From positions 1,552 to 65,551 of the forward strand of contig JBCAZE010000003.1 of NCBI GenBank assembly GCA_039700805.1: a stretch of 64,000 bases of DNA. Direction: 5' to 3'. This stretch comes from Pseudomonadota bacterium. Its GTDB lineage: Bacteria; Pseudomonadota; Gammaproteobacteria; Steroidobacterales; Woeseiaceae. Below are positions 56,491 to 64,000 of this stretch, one piece after another. Made by a program: the position numbers and the translations under genes. Numbering within the stretch: the first letter of the stretch is position 1; every line of letters begins with the position of its first letter. The notes beneath the pieces were generated by a model. That model was given only the letters and a program-made list of their open reading frames with translations. It did no database searches and had not been told where the DNA came from.

Positions 56491-56716
56491 TGGCTGCCTC
56501 TTCTCATAGCACCAGGCTCAACATAAGCCTCCGTACCATGCGATTGTCCCCGAAGCATGCTTCGTCCTTAGAGCATACCGTATTTCCCGTTTGAGTGATC
56601 GAGTGGCGAGCTCAACGACCGAACACGGAGGCGTTGGCTCTATCCGAACGCTATGAGACGATGCGCGGACGGTTGGGTCGTGACTGACGCTCAGCTACGA
56701 TCAAGGGGATGAACGA

Positions 56717-57148
56717 GTGATGCTAAAAACGGTTCTGGTGCTGAACGCCATATGGTTCGCGATGGGCTTCCACGCGTTTTTCCTTCGGCGTGACATCTTC
56801 GGCAAAGTGCTCGTCCCCGTGAAAGAAGATCGTGACAATACCGCCTATGCCGCGGTCATTGAGTCGGGTCGATTCATGGGTGGGTTCAATCTCGCCTGGT
56901 GTGTATTCAATCTATTGTTGGTTTTCAATGTCGGCGGATTCGGCACCAACGCGCAGTGGGCGGTTTTGTTACTGGTCAATGCCGTCGCACATGGTTCACA
57001 GTTTGTCGGCAATATTCCCATGGCACTGCAGAACCGCCGAGGTGGTGGTATCTGGCCCGTGTTCCACGGGGTCATGCTGCGGATTTTTGTCATCGACTGT
57101 GTACTGATGATCGCGAATGCGGGACTCGCGCTGTGGCTCGTGGTGTGA
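56717..57148 (+). CDS. Hypothetical four-TM membrane protein
   Basis: Hydrophobic ORF. No family recognised. GTG 56717 or ATG 56720. Confidence 0.5.
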   Translation: MMLKTVLVLNAIWFAMGFHAFFLRRDIFGKVLVPVKEDRDNTAYAAVIESGRFMGGFNLAWCVFNLLLVFNVGGFGTNAQWAVLLLVNAVAHGSQFVGNIPMALQNRRGGGIWPVFHGVMLRIFVIDCVLMIANAGLALWLVV

Positions 57149-57176
57149 CTCAGGCTTCAACTAACGACGACCATCA

Positions 57177-58079
57177 CTAGGCCTGCGCTGCCACATTGGT
57201 ATCCACCAATCCCTGCACGAGGAAATGCACCAAGCGATTGGTCAAACCGTGGCGCGGCGAGTTTTTTGGCCATACCGCTTTGATCGGTAAACTCGGTAAC
57301 GACCAGTCTTCCAGCAGTCGATGCAAGCGCCCCGCGTCTAGGTCTGCCTGAACCATCGAGGCTGGCAACACTGACACGCCTGCCCCCGCTAGTGTGAGTT
57401 GAAGAATGGCCAGGCTGTTGTCGACAGTGATTCGCGATGTTTGCGTCAACGGGTGATCGGTGTGCCCTTTCGTTAGTACCACGGGGCTCAGTCTTGGTGA
57501 GAATCCGATGAGATCCCATCCATCCAAATCGGTGGGCTCCGTCGGATGCATGCGCTCGGCGACATAACCCGACGCGGCGACGAGGTATTTCGGTTCTATG
57601 CAGAGCGGTCTTTCGCTATGCGCCGTCCTCTCCGCTTCGCCCATTCTTAGCACCAGATCCAAACCCGATGCGACCAAGTCTCGACGCACATCCGAGAACT
57701 CGAGATTAAGGGCAACGCCTGAAAACCGTGTTGAGAAATCGGCCAGCAGAGAGACGATAGGATGTGCACTCAATGCCACGGGTAATGAGAGCTTCAATGT
57801 ACCGACCGGCGATTCGGCGATCTTGGCGAACGATGACAACCCTTGCTGGGCCGCCGCCGTCATCTGTCGCGCTGATGCCAACAACCGCTCGCCATCTTCC
57901 GTCAGCGCCAATTTTCGCGTCGAGCGATAGAGGAGTGCGACGCCGAGCCGGTGCTCCAGCGCTCCAATGTGATGGCTGACAACAGACGGCGACAATCCCA
58001 GGTGTTTTGCCGCACCGCGGAAGGAGCCTTTGTCGGCCACGGTTGCGAAAATCGCTAGCGGACGTAGATCGTTAATCAT
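57177..58079 (-). CDS. LysR-family transcriptional regulator
   Basis: N-terminal HTH LAIFATVADKGSFRGAAKHLGLSPSVVSHHIGALEHRLGVALLYRSTRKLALTEDG. Confidence 0.9.
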   Translation of the reverse strand: MINDLRPLAIFATVADKGSFRGAAKHLGLSPSVVSHHIGALEHRLGVALLYRSTRKLALTEDGERLLASARQMTAAAQQGLSSFAKIAESPVGTLKLSLPVALSAHPIVSLLADFSTRFSGVALNLEFSDVRRDLVASGLDLVLRMGEAERTAHSERPLCIEPKYLVAASGYVAERMHPTEPTDLDGWDLIGFSPRLSPVVLTKGHTDHPLTQTSRITVDNSLAILQLTLAGAGVSVLPASMVQADLDAGRLHRLLEDWSLPSLPIKAVWPKNSPRHGLTNRLVHFLVQGLVDTNVAAQA

Positions 58080-58241
58080 AGTGAATAATTTCCGAACAGT
58101 ATGATCGAATTGTTTCTATTAATTATGCAATAGATCTATGTCATCCTCACCACCGCTTTCCGAGATCGGCTGCGCGCCATGGACGAAAAAAGATCCAGCG
58201 CTTTGATGGCGGAAGAACATCAGCAAACAGGGGATCCATCT

Positions 58242-58778
58242 ATGCAGACTTCTAAATCCACGTTGTTCATTCGGTCACTCGTCGTTGGCGCGATTGTCGC
58301 GATCGCCGGCTGCGCCGCCACAGAAGAGCGCGCACAAAAACAAGCGTTCAAATCCGAGGTCATGCAGGGCCAGGAAACGCTTGCCGTCGCCAAAGCATTT
58401 CTTGGGGCCGCTGGCTCCGGTGATATGCAGACGCTCAAGCGTCTTATGGCTGACGACTTCGTTTGGCACAACGAAGGCGATAGCTCCATTCCGTGGATCG
58501 GCACCTGGGACGGCAAAGAGGTGGTCTTGACGAAATTTTTGCCGGCATTCGGGGCTGGCCTCAAGACAACCAGTTGGTCTACCGACTACGAGATGGCCAT
58601 GGGTGATCAAGCCATCTTCATGGGTACGATGGGCGCGATCGCGAATGCCTCTGGCGCTGAGACCGGCGAGTTCAGTTGGGCAGTTCGTGTGCATGTCGTC
58701 GATGGGCAAGTAAAAAGCTGGAACTGGTTCGAAGACAGCTACGCGGTCTCGAAGGCGTTCCATACCAGCGACAACTAG
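58242..58778 (+). CDS. NTF2/SnoaL-like lipoprotein
   Basis: Lipobox VAIAGC-A. SnoaL-like LKRLMADDFVWHNEG...W.G..EV. Confidence 0.6.
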   Translation: MQTSKSTLFIRSLVVGAIVAIAGCAATEERAQKQAFKSEVMQGQETLAVAKAFLGAAGSGDMQTLKRLMADDFVWHNEGDSSIPWIGTWDGKEVVLTKFLPAFGAGLKTTSWSTDYEMAMGDQAIFMGTMGAIANASGAETGEFSWAVRVHVVDGQVKSWNWFEDSYAVSKAFHTSDN

Positions 58779-58835
58779 TCATCGACGCATTCGCGGAATT
58801 GCTTATCCGAGTGTGAACCATCATTGGAGAATTCA

Positions 58836-59615
58836 ATGGGCATCGCAGCAGAGAATGTCAGAAAGTTATATTTAGAAGGGATCGCAGGAGGCAACGCACG
58901 CGCTGCCGTCGAGCAATTCACCGGGCACCGATACACACAACACTCAACGGGCGTTGGCGATGGCGTAGAAGGATTCTTGACGTTCCTCGAGCCGTTCCTG
59001 GAACGCAACCCGGATCGGCATATTGAAATCGTCTGCTTGTATGAAGATGGGCCCTGGGTATTTTGTAGCGCGTATCAGTCGCTCAACGGCGGTAGTGCGC
59101 AATGGGTCACCATGGATTTGTTCTACACCGACAGTCATGGCTTGATTCTCGAACACTGGGATACCATCGCCGCGTTTGCGACTGACACCCCCTCCGGCAA
59201 CGACATGGTCGGTGGCACGCGGGACGTTGACCCGAACGCGCGGACAGCAAGCACGGCGAACGCGACAAAGTCGCTGGTGTTGGAATTCACCAAACAAGTA
59301 TTGCAACAAGGCGATCTCTCGAAACTTGATGAGTTCGTGGACGAAAACCTGGTCCAACATGCCGCGACGATCGAGCGTGGTCGTGACGGGCTTAAGCAGT
59401 GGATCCAATCCGATGCTTGCGGCGACTATGAGATGTTGTTCCAACTGATCGGCGATGGTGATTTCGCGGTCACTTATGGGAAGCGTCATGCCGGCGGCAA
59501 TGACATTGCCGTGTTTGATATTTATCGTGTCGCTGACGGGAAAATTGTCGAGCATTGGATGAACGAAGAGGTCATTGGCCCACGCGATCAATGGGGCAAC
59601 AGCGGGAAGTTTTAG
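58836..59615 (+). CDS. Tandem SnoaL-like (NTF2 superfamily) protein
   Basis: Two NTF2-like halves (…YTQHSTGVGDG…LEHWDTI and …LVQHAATIERG…IVEHWMNE). ATG 58836 with GGAGA 5 nt upstream. Confidence 0.65.
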   Translation: MGIAAENVRKLYLEGIAGGNARAAVEQFTGHRYTQHSTGVGDGVEGFLTFLEPFLERNPDRHIEIVCLYEDGPWVFCSAYQSLNGGSAQWVTMDLFYTDSHGLILEHWDTIAAFATDTPSGNDMVGGTRDVDPNARTASTANATKSLVLEFTKQVLQQGDLSKLDEFVDENLVQHAATIERGRDGLKQWIQSDACGDYEMLFQLIGDGDFAVTYGKRHAGGNDIAVFDIYRVADGKIVEHWMNEEVIGPRDQWGNSGKF

Positions 59616-59630
59616 ATCACGTGCTCAATC

Positions 59631-60071
59631 TCAAGCGTCGGTGTCACTGCATTCAAGCTGTTTTCGAAAGCCGATCCTTGCGTGTCCTTTGGGAAAGTTC
59701 TCAAAACGTGTGAACTCGACGTAACCTAGCTTCTTGTAGAAGTCTGCCGCTTGCCAGCTCTGCGTCCACAACCAAAGACCTGATAGGTGTTCTGATCGCG
59801 CGAACGATTCCGCCTCTTGCATCAGTGCACGCGCGACACCGCGACCTCGCCAATCGGCATCTACCCACAACTCATCGACGTACATCCAATCCCAGAGGAC
59901 GTCCGCCGTTAGCGCGGCCTTCAGCGCTTGGCGATCATCTTTCACGAGCCACTTGAACGGATGCTTTGCATACATCGGTGCGCGGTGCTCGTTCGAGTGT
60001 GCTTTGAATCCGTCTGATACGACGCGCTGTTCGTCGGCGCTCAACGGTGATGCCAGAAAATCGATCTTCAT
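59631..60071 (-). CDS. GNAT-family N-acetyltransferase
   Basis: Acetyl-CoA motif VDADWRGRGVARALMQEAE. Confidence 0.8.
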   Translation of the reverse strand: MKIDFLASPLSADEQRVVSDGFKAHSNEHRAPMYAKHPFKWLVKDDRQALKAALTADVLWDWMYVDELWVDADWRGRGVARALMQEAESFARSEHLSGLWLWTQSWQAADFYKKLGYVEFTRFENFPKGHARIGFRKQLECSDTDA

Positions 60072-60139
60072 CGCGATCCGCTCCAAAGGTGATCATGCTG
60101 CAACAGGTATTTATATCGCGTTTGCCATAGAATGATCCC

Positions 60140-60532
60140 ATGAAATCCGGCACGCTCTTCTTTGTTCTTTTTTTGGCGCTATACATAGGCTTCGAACTCT
60201 ACGTCGTGGAGAAGACACGCTATCGGACTGAGCCCGACTATATCTATCTTCAACACATCCGTGCGATGTATGCGACAGCATCATGCGACATCGACGTCAC
60301 CGAGAAGCGCACCCGATTCTCACAGAACTTCGAGTATGCGATGGCCCGCGCCCAGGATGCGGTGACGACCGACGGCTCATCAACCGATCAGAGCTTAGTG
60401 GATCGCGCTACCACCGTTCGCGGAGAAGTCGACCAACTGATCGAAGAGTATGGCTGCGGGCACATCGAACTTTGGAAGTTGTTTCGCCTTTACGAGATGC
60501 TGGCTGACCGATCGCCGCCCATTGCGCGCTGA
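60140..60532 (+). CDS. Hypothetical protein with N-terminal TM anchor
   Basis: ORF with a hydrophobic N-terminus (LFFVLFLALYIGFELYVV). No family recognised. Confidence 0.45.
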   Translation: MKSGTLFFVLFLALYIGFELYVVEKTRYRTEPDYIYLQHIRAMYATASCDIDVTEKRTRFSQNFEYAMARAQDAVTTDGSSTDQSLVDRATTVRGEVDQLIEEYGCGHIELWKLFRLYEMLADRSPPIAR

Positions 60533-60550
60533 TCATCGCATTTGCAGCCG

Positions 60551-61165
60551 TCACTCACCGCTCGTTGGCGACGTACTCGACAAACACAGCGCCAACAACA
60601 ACGTTGCCACCACGCCACTGCCGCCTGCTACGGGTGAAGGAATGAACGACCCTCGCCCCAATGCCATGACGGTCGCATTGGAGATGATCGCGATCACGCC
60701 GATCAGTGCAGTCACTGTACCGAGCATGCTTGCGCCACCGGTACCGACCGCCTTCTTTTGAAGGCCGAAAATGAGTGCAGCGAAACCGAGTAGGATCTTG
60801 GCGGCGTTGTAGACAAAAAATGAGAATGCAACGACAGCACCGGCGGTGGGCGCAAGTGTCTCTAGGTCTTGCGACGCTTCTCGGAACGGGCCAAACATCG
60901 TCAATCCAACACCCACTTGGACAACGTTAAGAACGGCGCTGAATGCAATCGCCGACCAACCGACTTTCAGGGTTCGTGACTCAGCAAGCGCTGCGCCGGC
61001 AAAAGCGGCAAGAAAAACGAACAGAAGCCCTTCGAGCCCCCAAAGTAATTGTCGTGGTACCGGCGCCTTGGCGACATAGAGCGCTGTGTAGACCGACTGG
61101 GTAATAGCGAGTGCGATCAGTAAGGCAGCAACCAACTTGACGGTTTGTTTGAAAGTGTAGTCCAT
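60551..61165 (-). CDS. Hypothetical six-TM membrane protein
   Basis: ATG 61165 with GGGGAGA upstream. Hydrophobic throughout. Confidence 0.55.
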   Translation of the reverse strand: MDYTFKQTVKLVAALLIALAITQSVYTALYVAKAPVPRQLLWGLEGLLFVFLAAFAGAALAESRTLKVGWSAIAFSAVLNVVQVGVGLTMFGPFREASQDLETLAPTAGAVVAFSFFVYNAAKILLGFAALIFGLQKKAVGTGGASMLGTVTALIGVIAIISNATVMALGRGSFIPSPVAGGSGVVATLLLALCLSSTSPTSGE

Positions 61166-61297
61166 GAGTCTCCCCAACGTATTCCTAGATAGGCGAATTA
61201 TGTAGACCCGACTAGAACGCGATGTATCACAAGGCCCGGTCGGTTCGATGATTTCTACATCTTCTGTGTAATCAACACCATCAGTATATGACCGACA

Positions 61298-62365
61298 TCA
61301 ACAGTCGAGTAGTTTCAGCGTCGAACGAATCTCGGACTCTTGGATATTGCGCGTGATGAAGACAATACGCGAGCGCCGATCGTCGCTTGGCCAGGCATCC
61401 AAAGTCGTTAGCGGGTGAAAGATGTGCTGCACTCCGTGAATAACTGCCGGTCGATCGAGCTGCGCAATATTCAGTATGCCTTTCATTCGCAAAAGGTCGG
61501 CACCGCGTAGTGTCAGCACGACATCGAGCCAACGATCAAGCGCCTCCCCGGCGATTGGCTCATCAATTGTCAGACAAAATGATCGTATCTCTTCGTCATG
61601 CCGGTTTACATCATGGTGGTGTGCGTGATGGCCGTGATCATCATGACTGTGATGATGATGGTGATCATGATTGTCTGAGAATGCCTCGGCGTTCAACCAC
61701 TCCCGCACATCTTTGCTTTTGGGCGTCGGATCGTACGGGTTTGAGTCGAATAGCACTTCTCCGTCAAGCATCCCATGCTCACACACTATCTGTGGCGACG
61801 TGGGATTGAGCGTCTTCAGACGCTCTTTTAGAAGTGCGAGTTGATGTGAGTTTGCAAGATCCGCTTTGGTTAATAGTAAACGATCCGCCATCGCTGCTTG
61901 CTTTACGGATTCGATTTGTCGATCCAGCGTATCGGCACCATTGACAGTATCGACTGTCGTTACAACCGAAGACAGATAGAACCGTCTCACGACACTTGGA
62001 TCGCTCATGAGTGTGTGTAGTATCGGTGCCGGATCAGCGAGCCCCGTAGTTTCAATCACAACACGATCGAACCAAAGCTCGCCGCCACGTGCAAATCGAC
62101 CAGGTGCTTCTCGCAGGGTTTTTGCGAGATCACCGCGAATAGTGCAGCAAAGGCAACCACTCGCCATCTCGACTACAAAGTCGTCCTCGCTGCTATATGC
62201 AACTAAGTCTTGATCGAGGCCAATCTCACCGAACTCGTTGATCAAAACCAGCGTGCGACCGAAGGTCGGTTGGCGCGTTAAGTGGTTTAAGACCGTGGTC
62301 TTGCCGCTGCCGAGAAACCCTGTGAGCACGGAAACGGGTAATCGCTTATTCGGAACAACTCGCAT
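61298..62365 (-). CDS. COG0523 (CobW/YeiR/ZigA-like) GTPase metallochaperone with His-rich insert
   Basis: Walker A GFLGSGKTT. CxCC motif GCLCCT. His-rich stretch HDHHHHHSHDDHGHHAHHHD. Confidence 0.85.
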   Translation of the reverse strand: MRVVPNKRLPVSVLTGFLGSGKTTVLNHLTRQPTFGRTLVLINEFGEIGLDQDLVAYSSEDDFVVEMASGCLCCTIRGDLAKTLREAPGRFARGGELWFDRVVIETTGLADPAPILHTLMSDPSVVRRFYLSSVVTTVDTVNGADTLDRQIESVKQAAMADRLLLTKADLANSHQLALLKERLKTLNPTSPQIVCEHGMLDGEVLFDSNPYDPTPKSKDVREWLNAEAFSDNHDHHHHHSHDDHGHHAHHHDVNRHDEEIRSFCLTIDEPIAGEALDRWLDVVLTLRGADLLRMKGILNIAQLDRPAVIHGVQHIFHPLTTLDAWPSDDRRSRIVFITRNIQESEIRSTLKLLDC

Positions 62366-62565
62366 AATCCAATCGCCGGATGCCGCCGACACTCACTACA
62401 GTATTGTCGAGCAGATCATTGTAACGACTATTACGAGATCAGGTAACGCCGAAGCTGGTTCCTGAGATCAGGCATATTACAATTAGTGAGCGTTGGAGTA
62501 TTGACCAACAGCACGATGAGAATCATGTCTTGCTAACGGTGAAATTAGAAGAGGGAAGTGAACTT

Positions 62566-63099
62566 GTGGCAAACGTAAAGATTGGGGTCATCAATGTGTC
62601 AGATCGTGCAGCAGCAGGTGTCTATGACGATGTACCGGGCAAAGCGGTGGTGGCAACTCTCAACGAGTATCTGACGACTGCATTTGAACCCGTATATCGA
62701 ATCATTCCTGATGAACAAGACCTCTTGGAAGCAGCCATGGTCGAGATGGCTGACGAACATGGCTGCTGCTTAGTGGTAACTACGGGTGGCACGGGGCCAG
62801 CGGTTCGAGACGTCACACCAGAGGCGACCGAAGCTGTGTGCGACAAGATGCTGCCGGGATTCGGGGAGCTCATGCGTATGACGTCGTTAAACTATGTACC
62901 TACAGCGATTCTCTCGCGTCAAACCGCTGGTATTCGAGGGAACACGTTGATGGTGAACTTACCTGGCCGCCCAAAAGCGATCAGAGAATGCCTTGACGCC
63001 GTATTCCCAGCGATTCCTTACTGCATCGATCTGATTGACGGCCCACGTTTGGAAACCAATGAGTCAGTGATTTCAGCATTTCGGCCGCGAGGCGCGTAA
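62566..63099 (+). CDS. mog: Molybdopterin adenylyltransferase
   Basis: Colinear by eye with the E. coli MogA sequence recalled from memory: IGVINVSDRAAAGVYDD, TTGGTGPAVRDVTPEAT, PGFGE.MR..SL..VPTAILSRQ, NLPG.PK.I.E. GTG 62566 with GAGGGAAG upstream. Confidence 0.9.
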   Translation: MANVKIGVINVSDRAAAGVYDDVPGKAVVATLNEYLTTAFEPVYRIIPDEQDLLEAAMVEMADEHGCCLVVTTGGTGPAVRDVTPEATEAVCDKMLPGFGELMRMTSLNYVPTAILSRQTAGIRGNTLMVNLPGRPKAIRECLDAVFPAIPYCIDLIDGPRLETNESVISAFRPRGA

Positions 63100-63106
63100 T
63101 GACAAC

Positions 63107-64000
63107 TTAGTCGGCAACGGCTCTCGTTAACGTTGCGAACAAGGCGTCCTGCCAAATCCAATCACTCGCTCTACTAGCATTCGGCCTAGCGCTGTGCAAA
63201 GCGATGACGACATCTTGATTGGGATCGATATAGATTGCCTGCCCGAAAATGCCCTCGGCTCCATATGCGCCATCGTCCTTAAGCCACCATAAATACCCAT
63301 ACTGCGGATTACTTTTTGATGGTCTCACCGACTCATCGATCCAGCCCTTAGGTAACACTGACTGTCCATTGGTTAGTCGCCCGTTCGCCAATGCGAACAG
63401 TCCAATGCGTCCATAGTCGCGGAGCGTCGCATTGATACAGCAACCACCGAACTCACCGCCGCCGGGCTCCGTGAGCGTCCAAAGCGCATCGGATTCCATA
63501 CCGAACGGCTGCCAAATCTTCTCGGACAAATAAGTCGACAGATTGTTGCCAATCGCTGCCCTAAGCAGCGTACCGGTGAGGTTTGACTCCGCTGTGTTGT
63601 AATTGAATCTGTTGCCAGCATCTGCAACGCGCCGCTTCGTCATTAGATACGTCTGTAGGCCGAGCGTGTCCCAAGGCGCTGTTGCGACGTCCGATGTTGC
63701 ATCCGCATAATTCTCGTTCCATTCAACGCCAGAGGACATCTGAAGCAGATCGGCTATCGATGTCTGATCGTATGCTGAGCCCTTCAGCCTTGGCAGGTAG
63801 CGAGTCACCTTGTCATCAACGCTGGCTATGAACCCATCTTCGATCGCTGCGCCGATAAGCATAGAAACTACCGACTTAGCGACGGAATACGATGCCCAGC
63901 GGCTGTGCTCATCATTCCCAAGACCATAGCGCTCATAGACGATAGCGCCATCTTTGATCACCAAGAGCCCTGCAACGCTATGCTCTCTGAAGTATGAGTC
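63107..64000 (-). CDS. Serine hydrolase / beta-lactamase-family protein (N-terminus beyond the right edge)
   Basis: The frame is open to nt 64000. S-x-x-K motif in YSVAKS. GLLVIKDGAIVYERYG. Confidence 0.8.
   Translation of the reverse strand, partial: DSYFREHSVAGLLVIKDGAIVYERYGLGNDEHSRWASYSVAKSVVSMLIGAAIEDGFIASVDDKVTRYLPRLKGSAYDQTSIADLLQMSSGVEWNENYADATSDVATAPWDTLGLQTYLMTKRRVADAGNRFNYNTAESNLTGTLLRAAIGNNLSTYLSEKIWQPFGMESDALWTLTEPGGGEFGGCCINATLRDYGRIGLFALANGRLTNGQSVLPKGWIDESVRPSKSNPQYGYLWWLKDDGAYGAEGIFGQAIYIDPNQDVVIALHSARPNASRASDWIWQDALFATLTRAVAD

Noticed and set aside
62366-62565. Searched for a Zur box upstream of the COG0523 gene
   Set aside because: I found only weak 4-6-4 palindromes (GTAACgactatTTAC). 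Nothing resembles the GTTATA-n-TATAAC type core well enough to call.
1-64000. Looked for CRISPR arrays, IS elements/transposases, integrases, tRNA/rRNA genes and long nucleotide-level direct repeats
   Set aside because: I recognised none by eye in the intergenic regions or the ORF translations. A tRNAscan, Infernal or repeat-finder run would be needed to exclude small elements.

Overview
This is a 64-kb chromosomal segment from a Gram-negative bacterium. Gene content (AcnB, several TonB-dependent receptors, NrtR/NadV/NadM, H-NOX) suggests a marine-type gammaproteobacterium, but that is inference only. I support about 60 protein-coding genes. By eye I found no rRNA, tRNA, CRISPR array, IS element, transposase or integrase.

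Layout:
- (i) 1-20 kb: transport and housekeeping genes. These include an HDOD protein fragment, an AbgT transporter, a fused ABC exporter, a cobalamin riboswitch with a BtuB-like receptor, an OmpA-like protein paired with a repeat protein, a K+ channel, a siderophore-type receptor, a PAS histidine kinase and acnB.
- (ii) 20.2-34.9 kb: a Wzx/Wzy-type exopolysaccharide locus in two divergent operons around a strongly AT-rich control region. The plus-strand operon starts with an HTH-REC regulator, an H-NOX (NO/haem sensor) protein and a hybrid histidine kinase. These are translationally coupled to the priming sugar transferase.
- (iii) 34.9-42.4 kb: a dihaem cytochrome c / beta-helix lipoprotein pair, nadV-nadM with divergent nrtR, an OM beta-barrel protein and a LytTR membrane protein.
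- (iv) 42.4-52.1 kb: the best candidate for an undescribed system. A LuxR-type regulator with a degenerate receiver is followed by a tightly packed 8-gene operon. Six of its products belong to no family I recognise. The other two are a signal-peptide-less S8 subtilase with a long C-terminal extension and an LCAT-like alpha/beta-hydrolase lipase. The last gene looks paralogous to the subtilase C-terminal domain.
- (v) 52-64 kb: miscellaneous genes (sulfatase, nth, DoxX, LysE, VOC, AraC, LysR, SnoaL-like proteins, GNAT, COG0523 metallochaperone, mog, a serine hydrolase fragment).

All calls rest on motifs read from the supplied translations and sequence. No database search was run.
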